Source: Octopus sinensis (lineage: Eukaryota). Taken from it: 64,000 nt of DNA. The stretch is taken from contig NC_043000.1 of assembly GCF_006345805.1 (NCBI RefSeq), positions 112,530,001 through 112,594,000 of the forward strand, read 5' to 3'. Below, piece after piece: positions 21,481 through 33,080 of this stretch. The translations under genes were made by a program, and so were the position numbers. Position 1 is the stretch's first letter, and each line of letters begins with the position of its first letter. Below the pieces are notes generated by a model that did no database searches, was not told where the DNA came from, and worked only from the letters and a program-made list of their open reading frames with translations.

Positions 21481-24400
21481 TGATACCAAGCAGAGGGGAG
21501 TCTTTCTCAGTGCTGACCTATATCTCCCCCCCTATCTCTCTCTCTATATAACCAACCCCTTTGTATTTATAACGGCAAGTGCTGAAGTATTAGGGACTTG
21601 GGACTAGTACGTGAGCATCTGAGTATGGTCAGCTGTGCTGTCGGCTTTTGGTGGGGTTGTCTCGGAGGGAGGAGGGGGGATCTGAAGCTATTAAGTTTAG
21701 CTGCCACACACTGTCGACATTTACCATTGAGCTAAATCTGCTCGTTAACAAATGTCGCCCTCCCCTTTCACATACATTTTAAACATTTTTTTTTTCCAAA
21801 TGCTAATAATATGAGTTGTTAGAAGAAACTTTATCAATTTTTTGATATCTGCACTGCTTCAAGCAGGCACCATTGACTTGTGTCTCTCTCTGTCTGTCTG
21901 TCTCTGTCTTTCCCTCTCTCTTTCCATGTTTCTTCTGATTTAGAGGGAGTAGGGGGCTTTAATTCTTCTCCCTAACTTCTCTCACCAGAAAAAAAAAAAA
22001 AAAGCTAGTTAATGTTTATATATTTGAAATATGTCAATTTAAAACTCCAAATAATAAAAAAAAAAAAGAAAGTCAATTGACTTTTAACGACTGTTTGTGG
22101 ATACTGTCCGTCTGTGTATGGTGTATAAATAACGTCAGTTCTGAAGGATTAGAGAAAATTTAAATATTCATTAAAAGAAAGAAAAAAAAAATATAAGAAA
22201 ATAAAATTTAAAATGGGAAGAGGGGAGGGGCTGTTGAGTTTTTCTTCCTTGATATTGTCGATTATTTTAATATTTTAAAAACAACAACAATAAAAGAAAT
22301 GATTTCTTAGTTCTTTTCTTAACCTTGCCTCCCAAGGAAGGTAGCTCTCTTTCGCTTTCTCTCATTACCAATTCTGTCAATATGTACATAGCTTCAATTA
22401 CTTTCAAACAGACACCCTAATGTTTTTCTGCTTCTAATGTTTTTTTTTTTTTTCTCCTGTAATTGTGATACTGTCATTGAACTTGTTGTTGTCTCGTTAA
22501 TATTATAAATATAGCCGTTCTTAATTAACTTTTGTAATTTTTCACTTCTTATCAATTTGTTGTTTTCATTTCTTTTTTGTTTAAAATTAAATTATAAATT
22601 CAGCTTATTTATGTAAATTTCTGTAAATATATATATATATTTCTTTTCATTTTTTTTGTCTTTTCTAGAAGTGGTCAGTTTGACCAGACAAATGTTCAAA
22701 CGACCATATGACCACAATCACCCTTTCATCATCTCCATGTATTCCCCCCATCCCCCTCCTGCAGAACTTCATCATCATCTCTTTTGCTTTCTCTGTCTCC
22801 TGCCCTGGCAGTCTTAGTTTGACTTATTGGTTAAGTCTGTTATCACACAAATCCACTTCTACAAACAGACATGAAAACAAAAGAGGAAGAGGTACAATTT
22901 TTGTATTGTGTGTGTGTGTATTATTATTATTTTGCTACAGCATAGTGATACTAATATATCCTGGTGTTCGGACTTCAGTCCTCATATGCTTCAAGATGTC
23001 AGTCGAGTACAGAGCAGTAATGAGTTAGAATGACAGGGGAATAAGAAATTGAATTCCATTAGCTTAGTCGTTGCTGCTATAGTTCATGCGAGGCACTTGT
23101 AGTTGAATGCTCTGTAGCTTCATTGGAACTTCAAACATAAAATTGCACTTCATTTCTTTATGTATAACACACACACACACAAACATATTTATTGTACTTG
23201 TACAAGAAGAGGAGTGATAGTGACTTCGCAGTCTGCCAGCCTTTGTCGGACTGCCTGATGAGGACAAGCGGGTTGAAACTTTGATGTCACTGTCACCCAC
23301 CTCTTCTTGTTAAAATGTAACAATTATGTACAGAATAATCCTTCAGTTTAATAATGAAATTGTTTTTATTATAACCTGACATAAAAACAAACATTATACA
23401 TATACATACATGCACATACATACATGCATGCATGACACATAAATTTCTGGGAATAAATTGCAGTGTTTTAGGTTATGAAATCTTCAATGGAAGGCAGTGC
23501 TGTTACATGGCCACAGTCCAATGACAAAGTATTAGAATCGTAAATAAAGATTAGCAGTTCTTTAAATTGAGTCTTGTAGTTGTCCCTGCCTCTCTTTCTG
23601 TGTTAGATCAAGCCATTGATAACATCTGACATAAACTTAGACTAAACTGACATCTATTGAAAAAAAAAAAAAATCCTGACTCCCCATTGTATTAACCAAA
23701 GATTTCGTTGTTGACTGCCATGACACTGCATCTTTAGATGAGTTGTAGTGCACCTGAGCACTGTACACAATTATTATTATTATTATCAAACCTTCTCACT
23801 TGTCTGATGGACTTGTATTAACATTCTCTCTTGTATGAAGATATAACTTCTGATGTATCTCGTCATACAATAACTCCTCTCTTGCCTAAGAGCATATCCT
23901 CTCCTATCACATACAGTTACATCTTGTTTCTACAGTTTTGTTCTTTATTTGCTCATTATTTTGCAATTCATTTTTTTCTCTCCCTTTTTTGAGGAAAGTC
24001 TTTCATTTCATTTCATTTCCATTTCATTAAATTTTTTTTTAAGATTCTGCCATAGCCTTCCATATTAATTTAAAAAAAGAAAAAGGTAAAATCATCCCAT
24101 TTGCCGCTTCCACTATTATTTGAACCTGCAACTGTAGCATGTTGAGATGTTCTTCTTTTTAAATCTGCAAAATTTTCATGTGTAGCTTTCTTGATATGCT
24201 GTCTAATGCCACCACTCCTTGGGAGCACTTCGGTAATAATTATAATAATAATAATAATAATATTGATAATTGAAATGGAAACTATTTCAGTAAGGAAGCC
24301 CAATAGATAGGGTGCTCCATTCTTTTGTACATTTTTACGTTTTGATTTAAAACAACAGCAGCAGCAACTACTGTTGCTGTGTGCATAATAATAATAATAA

Positions 24401-25300
24401 TAAATTTGGTTTAATGGGTCTTCATCTTCAGTTAACCAAACCTCTAACGATACCACAGACTTCTATCTGTGGACTGACTCTACTGCCCCCTAAACACTTT
24501 TGTCATCATCATCGTAGTCATCAGCAATATTATTAAGGTTATTACGTTCTGAGCTCAAATCCTATCCAGCTCAACTTTGCCTGGTCGTCCCATCTGGGAT
24601 TGATGAAGTAAGGAACCAGTACTGGAGGTGGGGGGGGGGGTCGATGGTATGAAACGACCCTCCACTCCCTTCAAAAATGCTGGCTTTGTGCTGAAAATTG
24701 ACAGTTATTATTTTAATTATTATTATTATTGTTGTTTTTAATTATTTCGCCTCTCTCCCCCCCCCCATCATGCTGTAATGAAACTTCTCTGTCATGCAGT
24801 TTGGATTTCAGGTGAACTCAGACACTGACTGTAGCTTGTGTGTGTGTGCCTCCTTCTGTGCTACTACTACGATTAGGACTGCTTGAATGGCAAAGACATC
24901 TCTCAACTGTAACAAACACCACACACACGCACACACACTAAAAGACTTCTTCCACTAGTACAGTTCCTTCTCTGGAGTGAAACTCTGCAGCTTATATTTG
25001 ATAGCAAAATGTCTGATTTTATCTTCACACTGTATACTGTGATGGCTATTGCTAGCTGTCTGTCTGTCTGTCTTCTCTCCAAAGCCCTTGTTCTCTGGTC
25101 TGTCTGTCTGTCTGTCTATATGTTCTGTATGTGCGAGGAGCTCTTCTAGCTGTCAGGCTGGCGTTGCTTCTTAACCATGTTCCATTCCATTTCTGATAAA
25201 CTGACGATGGATTTTAAAGATATGACAAATTAAATTGCAATAAAATATAATGGCCAACTTCATATACATTTAGTTTCTTATTTTCTCTGTTTGCATGCAC
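21481..25300 (+). other. Probable long CAMSAP 3'UTR
   Basis: SINE-poor, U-rich region after the stop codon; AATAAA at 22289 and 25239 among others. The true 3' end is unknown. Confidence 0.4.
23710..23790 (+). mobile_element. CR1-like 3' terminus with (ATT)n
   Basis: gttgtagtgcacctgagcactgtacacaattattatt, the reverse complement of the 15.4 kb tail. Confidence 0.7.
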
Positions 25301-25680
25301 ATGTACACATCAATTGTCCGTACATTATTTACAGCCCCATAATCGCAGACGTCCATACATACACACCTGATTTTGTGATTATTATTTGCAACTCATGAAA
25401 ATATTATTTGTATGATCCTGGAGTTCTGATTGCATGGATGAAGTTAAACTACTTTGTAATTTAATTATGATGTGAACTGATAGCCAATTCCTTGTGAGAG
25501 TGCTTACTGTGAATACTGCTTTATTCTATGATTACAATTTTCTGCTTTATTTGTACATACATTTATGCATTGGTGTGTGTGCGCACACACACACCTTTAA
25601 ATACATTACGTATTTTCTGTATACTGATACATATAGACACCAGCTTTGTATTCGACTTTCTTTCCAATATAAATATATTC

Positions 25681-25832
25681 TTTTATTCGTTTCAGTCATT
25701 TGACTGTGGCCATGCTGGAGCACCGCCTTTAGTCTAGTCGAGAAAATCGGCCCCTGGACTTATTCTTTGTAAGCCTAGTACTTATTCTATCAGACTCTTT
25801 TGCCAAACCACTAAGGTCAGGGACGTAAGCAT
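25681..25832 (-). mobile_element. SINE, family B, 3' part
   Basis: ttcagtcatttgactgtggccatgctggagcaccgcc...gggacgtaa. Confidence 0.75.
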
Positions 25833-26071
25833 ACCACATGATGGTTTTATTGAATGAAATTATTAAATTGATTATTTAGCTTTGTTACTTTTATAAAAAT
25901 ACAGTTTTTTTTTCTATTATTATTATATAAGCGTTTCTTAAAAACCATAAATTTGTCCTCAAATACCGTTCACACTCTGTATGTGTTCTTATACACACCA
26001 CAGTCATACCGTACTCAACACATATCAGAGCTTTTACAAATAGACATCTATAGAAGCACACACATATTTGG

Positions 26072-26307
26072 CTCCTGTGTCAATGGCATGTAAAAAGCAC
26101 CGTTTAAGCGTGGCTGATGTCAGTGCTGGTGGCACGTAAAAAGCATCTACTGCACTCTCGGAGTGGTTGGTGTTAGGAAGGGCATCCAGCTGTAGAAGCC
26201 TTGCCAGATCAGTTTGACTGAGGGCTGGCAAGCTAGAAGGCTCAAGCTTTCTAGCTTGCCAGCCCTCAGTCAAACTGTCCAATCCATGCCAGCATGGAAA
26301 TCGGACG
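26072..26307 (+). mobile_element. RTE 3'UTR fragment
   Basis: ggtggcacgtaaaaagc...gagtggttggtgttaggaagggcatccagctgtag...ccatgccagcatgga. Confidence 0.8.
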
Positions 26308-26334
26308 ATCTTGATTGTTGGACCCACCTTAAAA

Positions 26335-26700
26335 CAGAGTTTTTATTCTCTCCCATGCTACCATGAGTGCTAAGTGCTACATCATTTGCATCATGTGGGA
26401 GACATACCACCAGCATTGCCCAAATGACCTTAACATAAGATTCAGAATTCCGTGTGTGACATGCCCCCTACACAATGCAGGCTCAAAACACAAATTAATC
26501 GCAATTCAGTTATTTTTCCTTAACAAGCCGTGATCACATTAACAAGCTGTGATCCCCAAAACAAATCAGAGAAGGAAAAGTGCCCATCACCTTCAAATGA
26601 TATTTGGACAAATTTCTTAAGGGCTCCCAGATAAGCCCCCACTATACTTGGATACTTCTCAGCCAACAACAACTCCCTACTTGAATGGGCCACGATATCA
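26335..26700 (+). mobile_element. Degraded non-LTR (CR1/Jockey-group) C-terminal relic
   Basis: Frameshifted fragments reading ...YLDKFL..PDKP...GYFSANNNSLLEW, a pattern seen at the ends of such ORFs. Confidence 0.4.
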
Positions 26701-26861
26701 TCATACTTGCCTTAAAAATGTCTTAACAGATTCTGTCTGGTGGTGCTTCTAAGTTAGACATGCCCAGGGCCAGTCTTTGCCCGAAACATATCAAAGTTAT
26801 ACACACGTAGATCTGAAGAACCACACACATTGTTAGAAAGACAGACCTGCACAGACACTAA

Positions 26862-27133
26862 CGTCGCCTTACTGGCACCTGTGCCGGTGGCATGTGTAAA
26901 AAGATTCGAGTGAGGTCGTTGCCAGTACCGCCTGACTGGCCCCCGTGCCGGTGGCACGTAAAAGCACCCACTACACTCTCGGAGTGGTTGGCATTAGGAA
27001 GGGCATCCAGCTGTAGAAACTTTGCCAGATCAAGACTGGAGCCTGGTGCAGCCATCTGGTTCGCCAGCCCTCATTCAAAATCGTCCAACCCATGCTAGCA
27101 TGGAAAGCGGACGTTAAACGATGATGACGATGA
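26862..27133 (+). mobile_element. RTE 3'UTR fragment with (GAT)n tail
   Basis: Colinear with 19250-19523. Confidence 0.85.
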
Positions 27134-27334
27134 CACACAATTTTGTATACATACATCTCTCACAGTTATATATCTCTCTCTATATATATATATGTTTATA
27201 CACACACACACCATCTCATATACATAAACACATTTGTACACACACAAATACATACACACTTTTGCTTAGAGAAACGTATCGAGTTATTTGAGAAATGATT
27301 CACTTTAATCTAGATTTTGAATGTGTGTGTGTGT

Positions 27335-27505
27335 GTGCCACCTCCCACGAGCAATAGGATTGCAAGGGCACAAAAAAAAAAAAAAAATGCAAACTACGCA
27401 AGTCCAGAACCAATTCTTCGTCTTCAGTCGCAGCAGACCACCAATGCCCGGCCTGCAGCAGAGCCTTCCAAGCATGCCGCTTCTCGCACTGATCGGCCAC
27501 ACTGT
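27335..27505 (+). mobile_element. Second RTE family, C-terminal zinc-finger relic
   Basis: NRIARAQKKK...KSR...HQCPACSRAFQA...LIGH pattern. RTE-like terminus gtcatcgtcgacaacgacggatga at ~27900. Confidence 0.55.
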
Positions 27506-28951
27506 GACGGTAGCTCTGATGTAATCCATTTGCTAGTGTTCTTGATCTGCTAAGACTTCGGTTTAAGAATTGTGCTGTATGTATGATAGCTATGAAAAAA
27601 AAAAACGACTTCAATGAGACGGAATCTGAATCGTTGAATGAATGCTAGAAATAGCAGCCAAATCATCTTCAAATCTCACTTTACCGTTTTCGGTAGAATG
27701 ACAAACAAAAAAAACAAAAAAAAACTCAGCACAGAATTGAATACTGTAATCCTAGATACACTATGCCTGGACGAGATGGTCACAACTAGAACGCCTGTCA
27801 TCATAGGTCTGCTAGGTAAAGAACCACAACAGCAACCGGCGCTACCACTTGTACATATTTGGATTAAACGAATTTCACATTTCTCTCGTATGATGTCTTC
27901 GGTCATCGTCGACAACGACGGATGACCTAATTCTCCACTCCCACCACCACCGTTACTGCCATAGCTTCATCACCGCAACATCGAGCACTGTCATGACCAC
28001 ACCTAACACTACTATTGTTACCACCTTCATCATCATCACAACCAGTCAAACCTAGCTGTAAATGGGTACCACGTGGAGGCACAGTTCACTGCTGCACGCA
28101 GTCCGCCTGGCTGTAAATAGGTACCACTTGGCGATACAGTTTATGGTCGAGCGACAAATTGGTAGGACCGTTAGAATATGAGACGAAGGCGTTGCTGTTT
28201 TTATTTCAGTTTTGGGGGTTGTGAGTTCAAATCGCACTGAAGTCGTCGGTTGGTGGATGTACAGAAACACGAGAACCATAAACGCGATGTTTAACGGAAT
28301 TATTTGGTCCAGCTTTTGGAAATTCGGGTTTAAGCTTCACCATGGCTTACGTCCCTCTGTGTGTGTGTTGAGGGGGTGGGGAGCGTGCCCCCCTCCTGTT
28401 TAGGGTACAAGCACTCTGTTACCAGTATTCGGATAATTGAACCAGGTCACCGATTTTGACAACTCCTTGTCATCCCCACCCACCCACCATCTCGGAAGCC
28501 CTGAATAGGGATCATGAGCCCCGCCTTTCTCACCTGACAAAGCAACAGCAGCACCTTTTTGTTAATTAATTACCTTAAAATGTGTGAAATTCGTTTAATC
28601 CAAATATGTACAAGTGGTAGCGCTGGTTGCCGTTGTGGTTCTTTACCTAGCAGACCTATGATGACAGGCGTTCTAGTTGTGACCATCTCGTCGTTTATTT
28701 TTCAGGCATGGTGCATCTAGGATTACAGTATTCAATTCTGTGCTGATTTTTTTTTTTTGTCATTCTACCGAAAACGGTAAAGTGAGATTTGAAGATGATT
28801 TGGCTGCTATTTCTAGCATTCATTCAACGATGCAGATTCCATCTCATTGAAGTTTTTTTTTTCATAGCTATCATACATACAGCACAATTCTTAAACCGAA
28901 GTCTTAGCAGATCAAGACTACTGACAAATGTATTACATCAGAGCTACCGTC
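27506..28951. repeat. ~380-bp inverted repeat pair (27506-27885 and 28578-28951)
   Basis: Arms align as reverse complements over their length with few mismatches; no TSD seen. Confidence 0.9.
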
Positions 28952-28984
28952 TCTCAAATATACATGCATACAGATAATTAGAAC

Positions 28985-29570
28985 AACGGGGTACATACCA
29001 ACCCGTCTGGAGCAGAGTATGGCTGAAACTGGGATCTTGGCGGGAGAGTGCAGCTTCACATCCTTGCTACCAAGTAGGTGGCTGGTAAAGGTTCACCGGT
29101 CACCAAAATTAAAGAGAAATTAAAATTAAAAAGAGAACAAACAGTTGCAAATTGTATATACAATGCTATCGACGGGAAGGATTACCCTGACATCAAAAGC
29201 ATGTCAGAACCAGCAGGTATCCACACCTTTATGAACAAGGGATACTGGTGGAACATATCAATGAAAACCTCAATTTGGTGCAAACATAACAGACTTGATA
29301 TTGTTCTGTGGAACAGGAATCGTGTACTGTTGTTGGGGTCAGCTGCCCAGCGGATGTTAATGTACCATTAGAAGCCCAGAAAAACAACAGACAACATTTA
29401 TGATGAATTAATGTGGAACTTACAGCTTTTGTGCCCTGACTAAAAATTCTCTTTTCGCACCTATCGTCGTGCATTCGGTTATTTACCAACACGGAGAAAG
29501 AGCAAAAGAAACTGAAGCAGATTCTCCTAATCAAATCTATAAGTGGAATATGGAAGATTTGTTAGACACT
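28985..29570 (+). mobile_element. R4-like non-LTR relic (restriction-like endonuclease domain)
   Basis: Frameshifted YWWN...KT...KHNRLDIVLW..., SCPADVN, LQLLCPD.KF, PIVV, KSISG.WKIC. Confidence 0.7.
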
Positions 29571-29859
29571 CCGAAAGTCCTCCATCTGAGATTCTTATGT
29601 GAGTAGATGCACGCACTTGGGTGTGTGCATCGACAGGCGAACCATGTCAAGCACCGGCAACTTTCTGACCTCAAACAGTCATGTCGCTTTGTTAGTGACT
29701 GGCCTGAACTCTCAAGAAAAACTCAAAGAAAAACCATACATTTTCTTTTTTATTCTTAATTATTTCCTTTGAAATATTTCTATGGTGGTGTAATATAGAA
29801 AGTAGTTCGTGGTATCTGTATATTTAGGAGAGATGATCAGGTATCAAGTAATATCTAAA

Positions 29860-30270
29860 AAAGGTTTTTCGGTCCGCTTTATGGTCCCAGCGAACAAAAC
29901 AAAAAAGGCATTGCCCCGGAGGATGGAGAGGGAGATGCACTTGAACGACGACTGAGGGCTTGCACTTTCTGGGAGCCATCTCCACCCTGATAGCGGAGAG
30001 CAGGGATGTGGTCCGGACTCCGAGAACGCCGGACGTCTCTACTACCACAGGTTCTTTGACAGTTTGCCCTTCTCGTCTTGACGAGCAGCCAAGGTGTCAC
30101 TGTATATGAAATATCAGATGAGGGGGCCTGCCATCACGGAACGGGGAAGCTGTCATACCGTCGGGCCTTTTACTATCTCTTCGGTCTAGCCACAGTGGCT
30201 GAAGGGGACACACACACCATAGTTTTTCCTCTACATCTGTCCAACGACGGAAGCAACTCTCTCTCTCCAA
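29860..30270 (-). mobile_element. CRE-clade non-LTR relic (RLE domain)
   Basis: Across frameshifts: DRRDSKRPDGMT.SPFRDGR, LI*YF..SDTLA, VVETSGVLG, ISLSILRGNA, matching the CRE pattern KRPDG.T...W..G...WD.TC.DTLA...ET.G..G...LS..IQRGNA. Confidence 0.75.
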
Positions 30271-30322
30271 CGCTCCGCTATTAATGAAAATAAACAAACA
30301 GATGGAAGTGTTTAGATTGAGA

Positions 30323-30330
30323 TGACGTCA
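30323..30330. promoter_or_regulatory. Perfect cAMP-response element TGACGTCA ~110 bp upstream of the lectin ATG
   Basis: Exact palindrome. The same 8-mer also occurs in non-promoter contexts here, so chance is plausible. Confidence 0.3.
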
Positions 30331-30437
30331 CAGCAAGTAGCGTTTTGTGTGTCAAGTTTAAATTTCTCCTCTGGCAACGATTTAACTAAGTGAATGCCTT
30401 TACAATATTGTGGTAATCGATATACATTCTGTAACGT

Positions 30438-33080
30438 ATGTATTTCTCTCACAGTCAGAGGGTTTTGCTTCTCTGCCTCATTTATGAATCTGTTTTTGTA
30501 CATATCGTATTTCCTTACTTGACTTCTTCGATCCAAGCTGATCCGAAACTTAAAAAGAAATTTGGTCTTACCCGAAGGGCATGTTCCGAATCTTGTCGTT
30601 CGGAGTCAGAGTTTGAGTGTAAATATTATAAATACGTTGACAATAATGGCATTTGTTTAATATCCGGTGATGACATGGAAGTGATCAAGAAATACACCAG
30701 CAAGTCTATAGAAAGAGCATTGTTTAAGGAAATATCGAACTTAAGGGATTCGATCGATAAACTGTACGAAAAATATTCTTATTTAGATGAAATAAGTGAT
30801 AGCATTGCAGAGCTGAAAATGAAAGCTAACAAAGAATCGAAGTCTCTTATGATGACAGGGAAACAATTTAAAGAAACAGTTATGCGTCAAGAACTTACCG
30901 TCGCTGCTCTTGACCGTAAAGTGAAAGAATTGGAATTTAAAGAAAATCAAGGAAAGGCGGACTTTGCTACGGTGAAGGCCCAAATACACCAGTTTCTGAG
31001 GCAGCTGGCTGGCATGAAGAACCTGTTTGACATTATCTCCCTGGAAGTAAAAGATTCATCAAGCGAACTAACATCTTTGTCTGTTCAGGTGAAGAATTTA
31101 AAGAAATCCGCAGAGAATTTAAGAACGTTGGTCCTTAATAAAAAAGAAGCATGCAAACAATCTTGTAAAGGTGACGTACGCGAACAGGAACCAAAAGGTG
31201 AGGGGAATACGGTAACCTCATGGACGCCAACGGACAACAACCCAGAAATGCAAGGCCTTGTTGTAACTGTGGATGAACTGAAGGAAGAAATGGAAGAAGT
31301 TAAATCCGCGATTACTGAAATGAACAGCAATTTCTCTGATGTAATGACACCAGGTAAGAACCATTTCCGTCCACAAAATGAATCCCATGTGTCTAACATA
31401 GGTTTAAGATTGAAAACCATTGAGAACAGACTAAATTATTCCCGTCAGGGTCTTAGCGAGGTGAAGAACGGACAACGAGAGTTTGGAAATATTTTAACGC
31501 AACAAAGTTTAAAGTTCAAAACATGTTCAGATAAAATGGTATCACTGTCTGAAGCTTACAAAGATTCCGTGAGAGAAATTGGAGATCTTCGATCGACTCT
31601 TAAATCTTTTAAGAAGGAACTCGATGCATTAAAGGACCTTAATACTCATTCCAAAGTGAAAAGCCTAGAAACAGAGCAAGAGAAAATTAAATTAAGACTC
31701 AAAAGTGTCGAAGATAGTCGAAATTCTCATGAAAATCAAATTGCTCGACTTAAAGACAAAGTAACCGACTTAAAGGCAGTACGTATAAATTGTACCAGCT
31801 GCAGCGAGGAAGAAAGATTTAAGTCGGAAATTAAAAGAGCGCAGAACCTATTTAGAAGTAATATACTACGTGGCAAGGGCAATGTGCATTCAAGTACAGC
31901 AAAACCTTCGAGCAGTTTTCACATGAACATGACCCATTCTAGCCCCAATTTTATTGAATTGCAAAGCAAAAGAAAAAACGGGAAGATTCCTCACCCCATC
32001 GCCCGAATGGATATGGTTAAACCATCACAAGTTACTTTTAACATTGAAGGAGCCCAAAAGGAAGCGGACTCTTCCAGTAATTATCATGCTTTCTTGAAAC
32101 CTTCATTTTCTGCTACTGCCAAACCAAATGTCAAACCTGTGAAATTTTGCCCAGAGAATTGGTTTAAATCTGTTCGTCGCTGTTTACATTTCATGCCGAG
32201 GCGTGTTTCTTGGAAAGGAGCGGTATCGGATTGTCAAAATATTGACTCACGAGTTGCTACCCTGTTTTCATTAGAAGAGTGGACTGATATGAAAATATTT
32301 TTGGCAATATACTCTGATCTCAATATCCCGCTCTGGCTGTCAAAAGACAGCATTGCTTCGTTGAACCCGAAAGAATTTAAAGCACATATGATTATGCCGT
32401 TCAATTCAAAGGACTTGTCGCGAAAATACGACGAAAATTGTTTAGTTTTGGATCCCAGCAATAATTTTAAATTGTCACTAGTTTCCTGCGATTCTGATAA
32501 TCGTTATGGGACCATATGTGAACTTCCATTATCCACACACGACAACAGAAATCCAGTTAATGTGACAATACAAATAAAGATGGTCAACGAGAACCCTAGC
32601 AATGCTATGAGTGAAAATACCCTGCCTTCACACTGGAAAAACGCTTCAGTACACAGCCAGTTGTGCCCCGCATTTGCTAAAGAAATTGGCGGTTATTGTT
32701 TTAAATACATTCCTGTGAAACAGTCGAACAAAAGAGCCATAGAGACCTGCAAGCGTCTTGGAGCTAATTTAGTCACGGTTAAAGATCTTCAAAAGGAACT
32801 CATGTTGGAGAACTTTATGGTTACTATAGGGACCCCTAATACTGTATGGTTATCACCGACCTTTCTGGATAATGATGGCAAGTGGAAATGGGCAAGTACA
32901 AACGAACCTGTTGTTTATACCAATTACTTCCCCGGCCGACCTGACACTCTCAGAAAAACACGATGTAATCAAATTAAAAAAGCTTGGGGGTTTAAATGGT
33001 TGGATAAGTATTGTTGGAATTCGAAGAAAAGCGTGGAACATTCGTTTATTTGCGAATTTAAATCCTCCCAAAATAACTAA
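30438..33080 (+). CDS. Single-ORF multidomain C-type lectin-like protein (hydrophobic N-terminus, PAN/apple-like motif, coiled coil, two CTLDs), 880 aa
   Basis: C-x3-C-x7-C-x11-C at 30582-30656; ~380-aa heptad-rich region; two long-form CTLDs with six Cys each (32148-32522 CPENW...ICE; 32664-33059 CPAF...WKW...PGRPD...KWLDKYC...FICE); AATAAA at 33217. The start codon is uncertain. Confidence 0.85.
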   Translation: MYFSHSQRVLLLCLIYESVFVHIVFPYLTSSIQADPKLKKKFGLTRRACSESCRSESEFECKYYKYVDNNGICLISGDDMEVIKKYTSKSIERALFKEISNLRDSIDKLYEKYSYLDEISDSIAELKMKANKESKSLMMTGKQFKETVMRQELTVAALDRKVKELEFKENQGKADFATVKAQIHQFLRQLAGMKNLFDIISLEVKDSSSELTSLSVQVKNLKKSAENLRTLVLNKKEACKQSCKGDVREQEPKGEGNTVTSWTPTDNNPEMQGLVVTVDELKEEMEEVKSAITEMNSNFSDVMTPGKNHFRPQNESHVSNIGLRLKTIENRLNYSRQGLSEVKNGQREFGNILTQQSLKFKTCSDKMVSLSEAYKDSVREIGDLRSTLKSFKKELDALKDLNTHSKVKSLETEQEKIKLRLKSVEDSRNSHENQIARLKDKVTDLKAVRINCTSCSEEERFKSEIKRAQNLFRSNILRGKGNVHSSTAKPSSSFHMNMTHSSPNFIELQSKRKNGKIPHPIARMDMVKPSQVTFNIEGAQKEADSSSNYHAFLKPSFSATAKPNVKPVKFCPENWFKSVRRCLHFMPRRVSWKGAVSDCQNIDSRVATLFSLEEWTDMKIFLAIYSDLNIPLWLSKDSIASLNPKEFKAHMIMPFNSKDLSRKYDENCLVLDPSNNFKLSLVSCDSDNRYGTICELPLSTHDNRNPVNVTIQIKMVNENPSNAMSENTLPSHWKNASVHSQLCPAFAKEIGGYCFKYIPVKQSNKRAIETCKRLGANLVTVKDLQKELMLENFMVTIGTPNTVWLSPTFLDNDGKWKWASTNEPVVYTNYFPGRPDTLRKTRCNQIKKAWGFKWLDKYCWNSKKSVEHSFICEFKSSQNN

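Noticed and set aside
29870-30290. GC-richer island that might be upstream exons of the lectin gene
   Set aside because: Better explained as a minus-strand CRE-clade retrotransposon relic.
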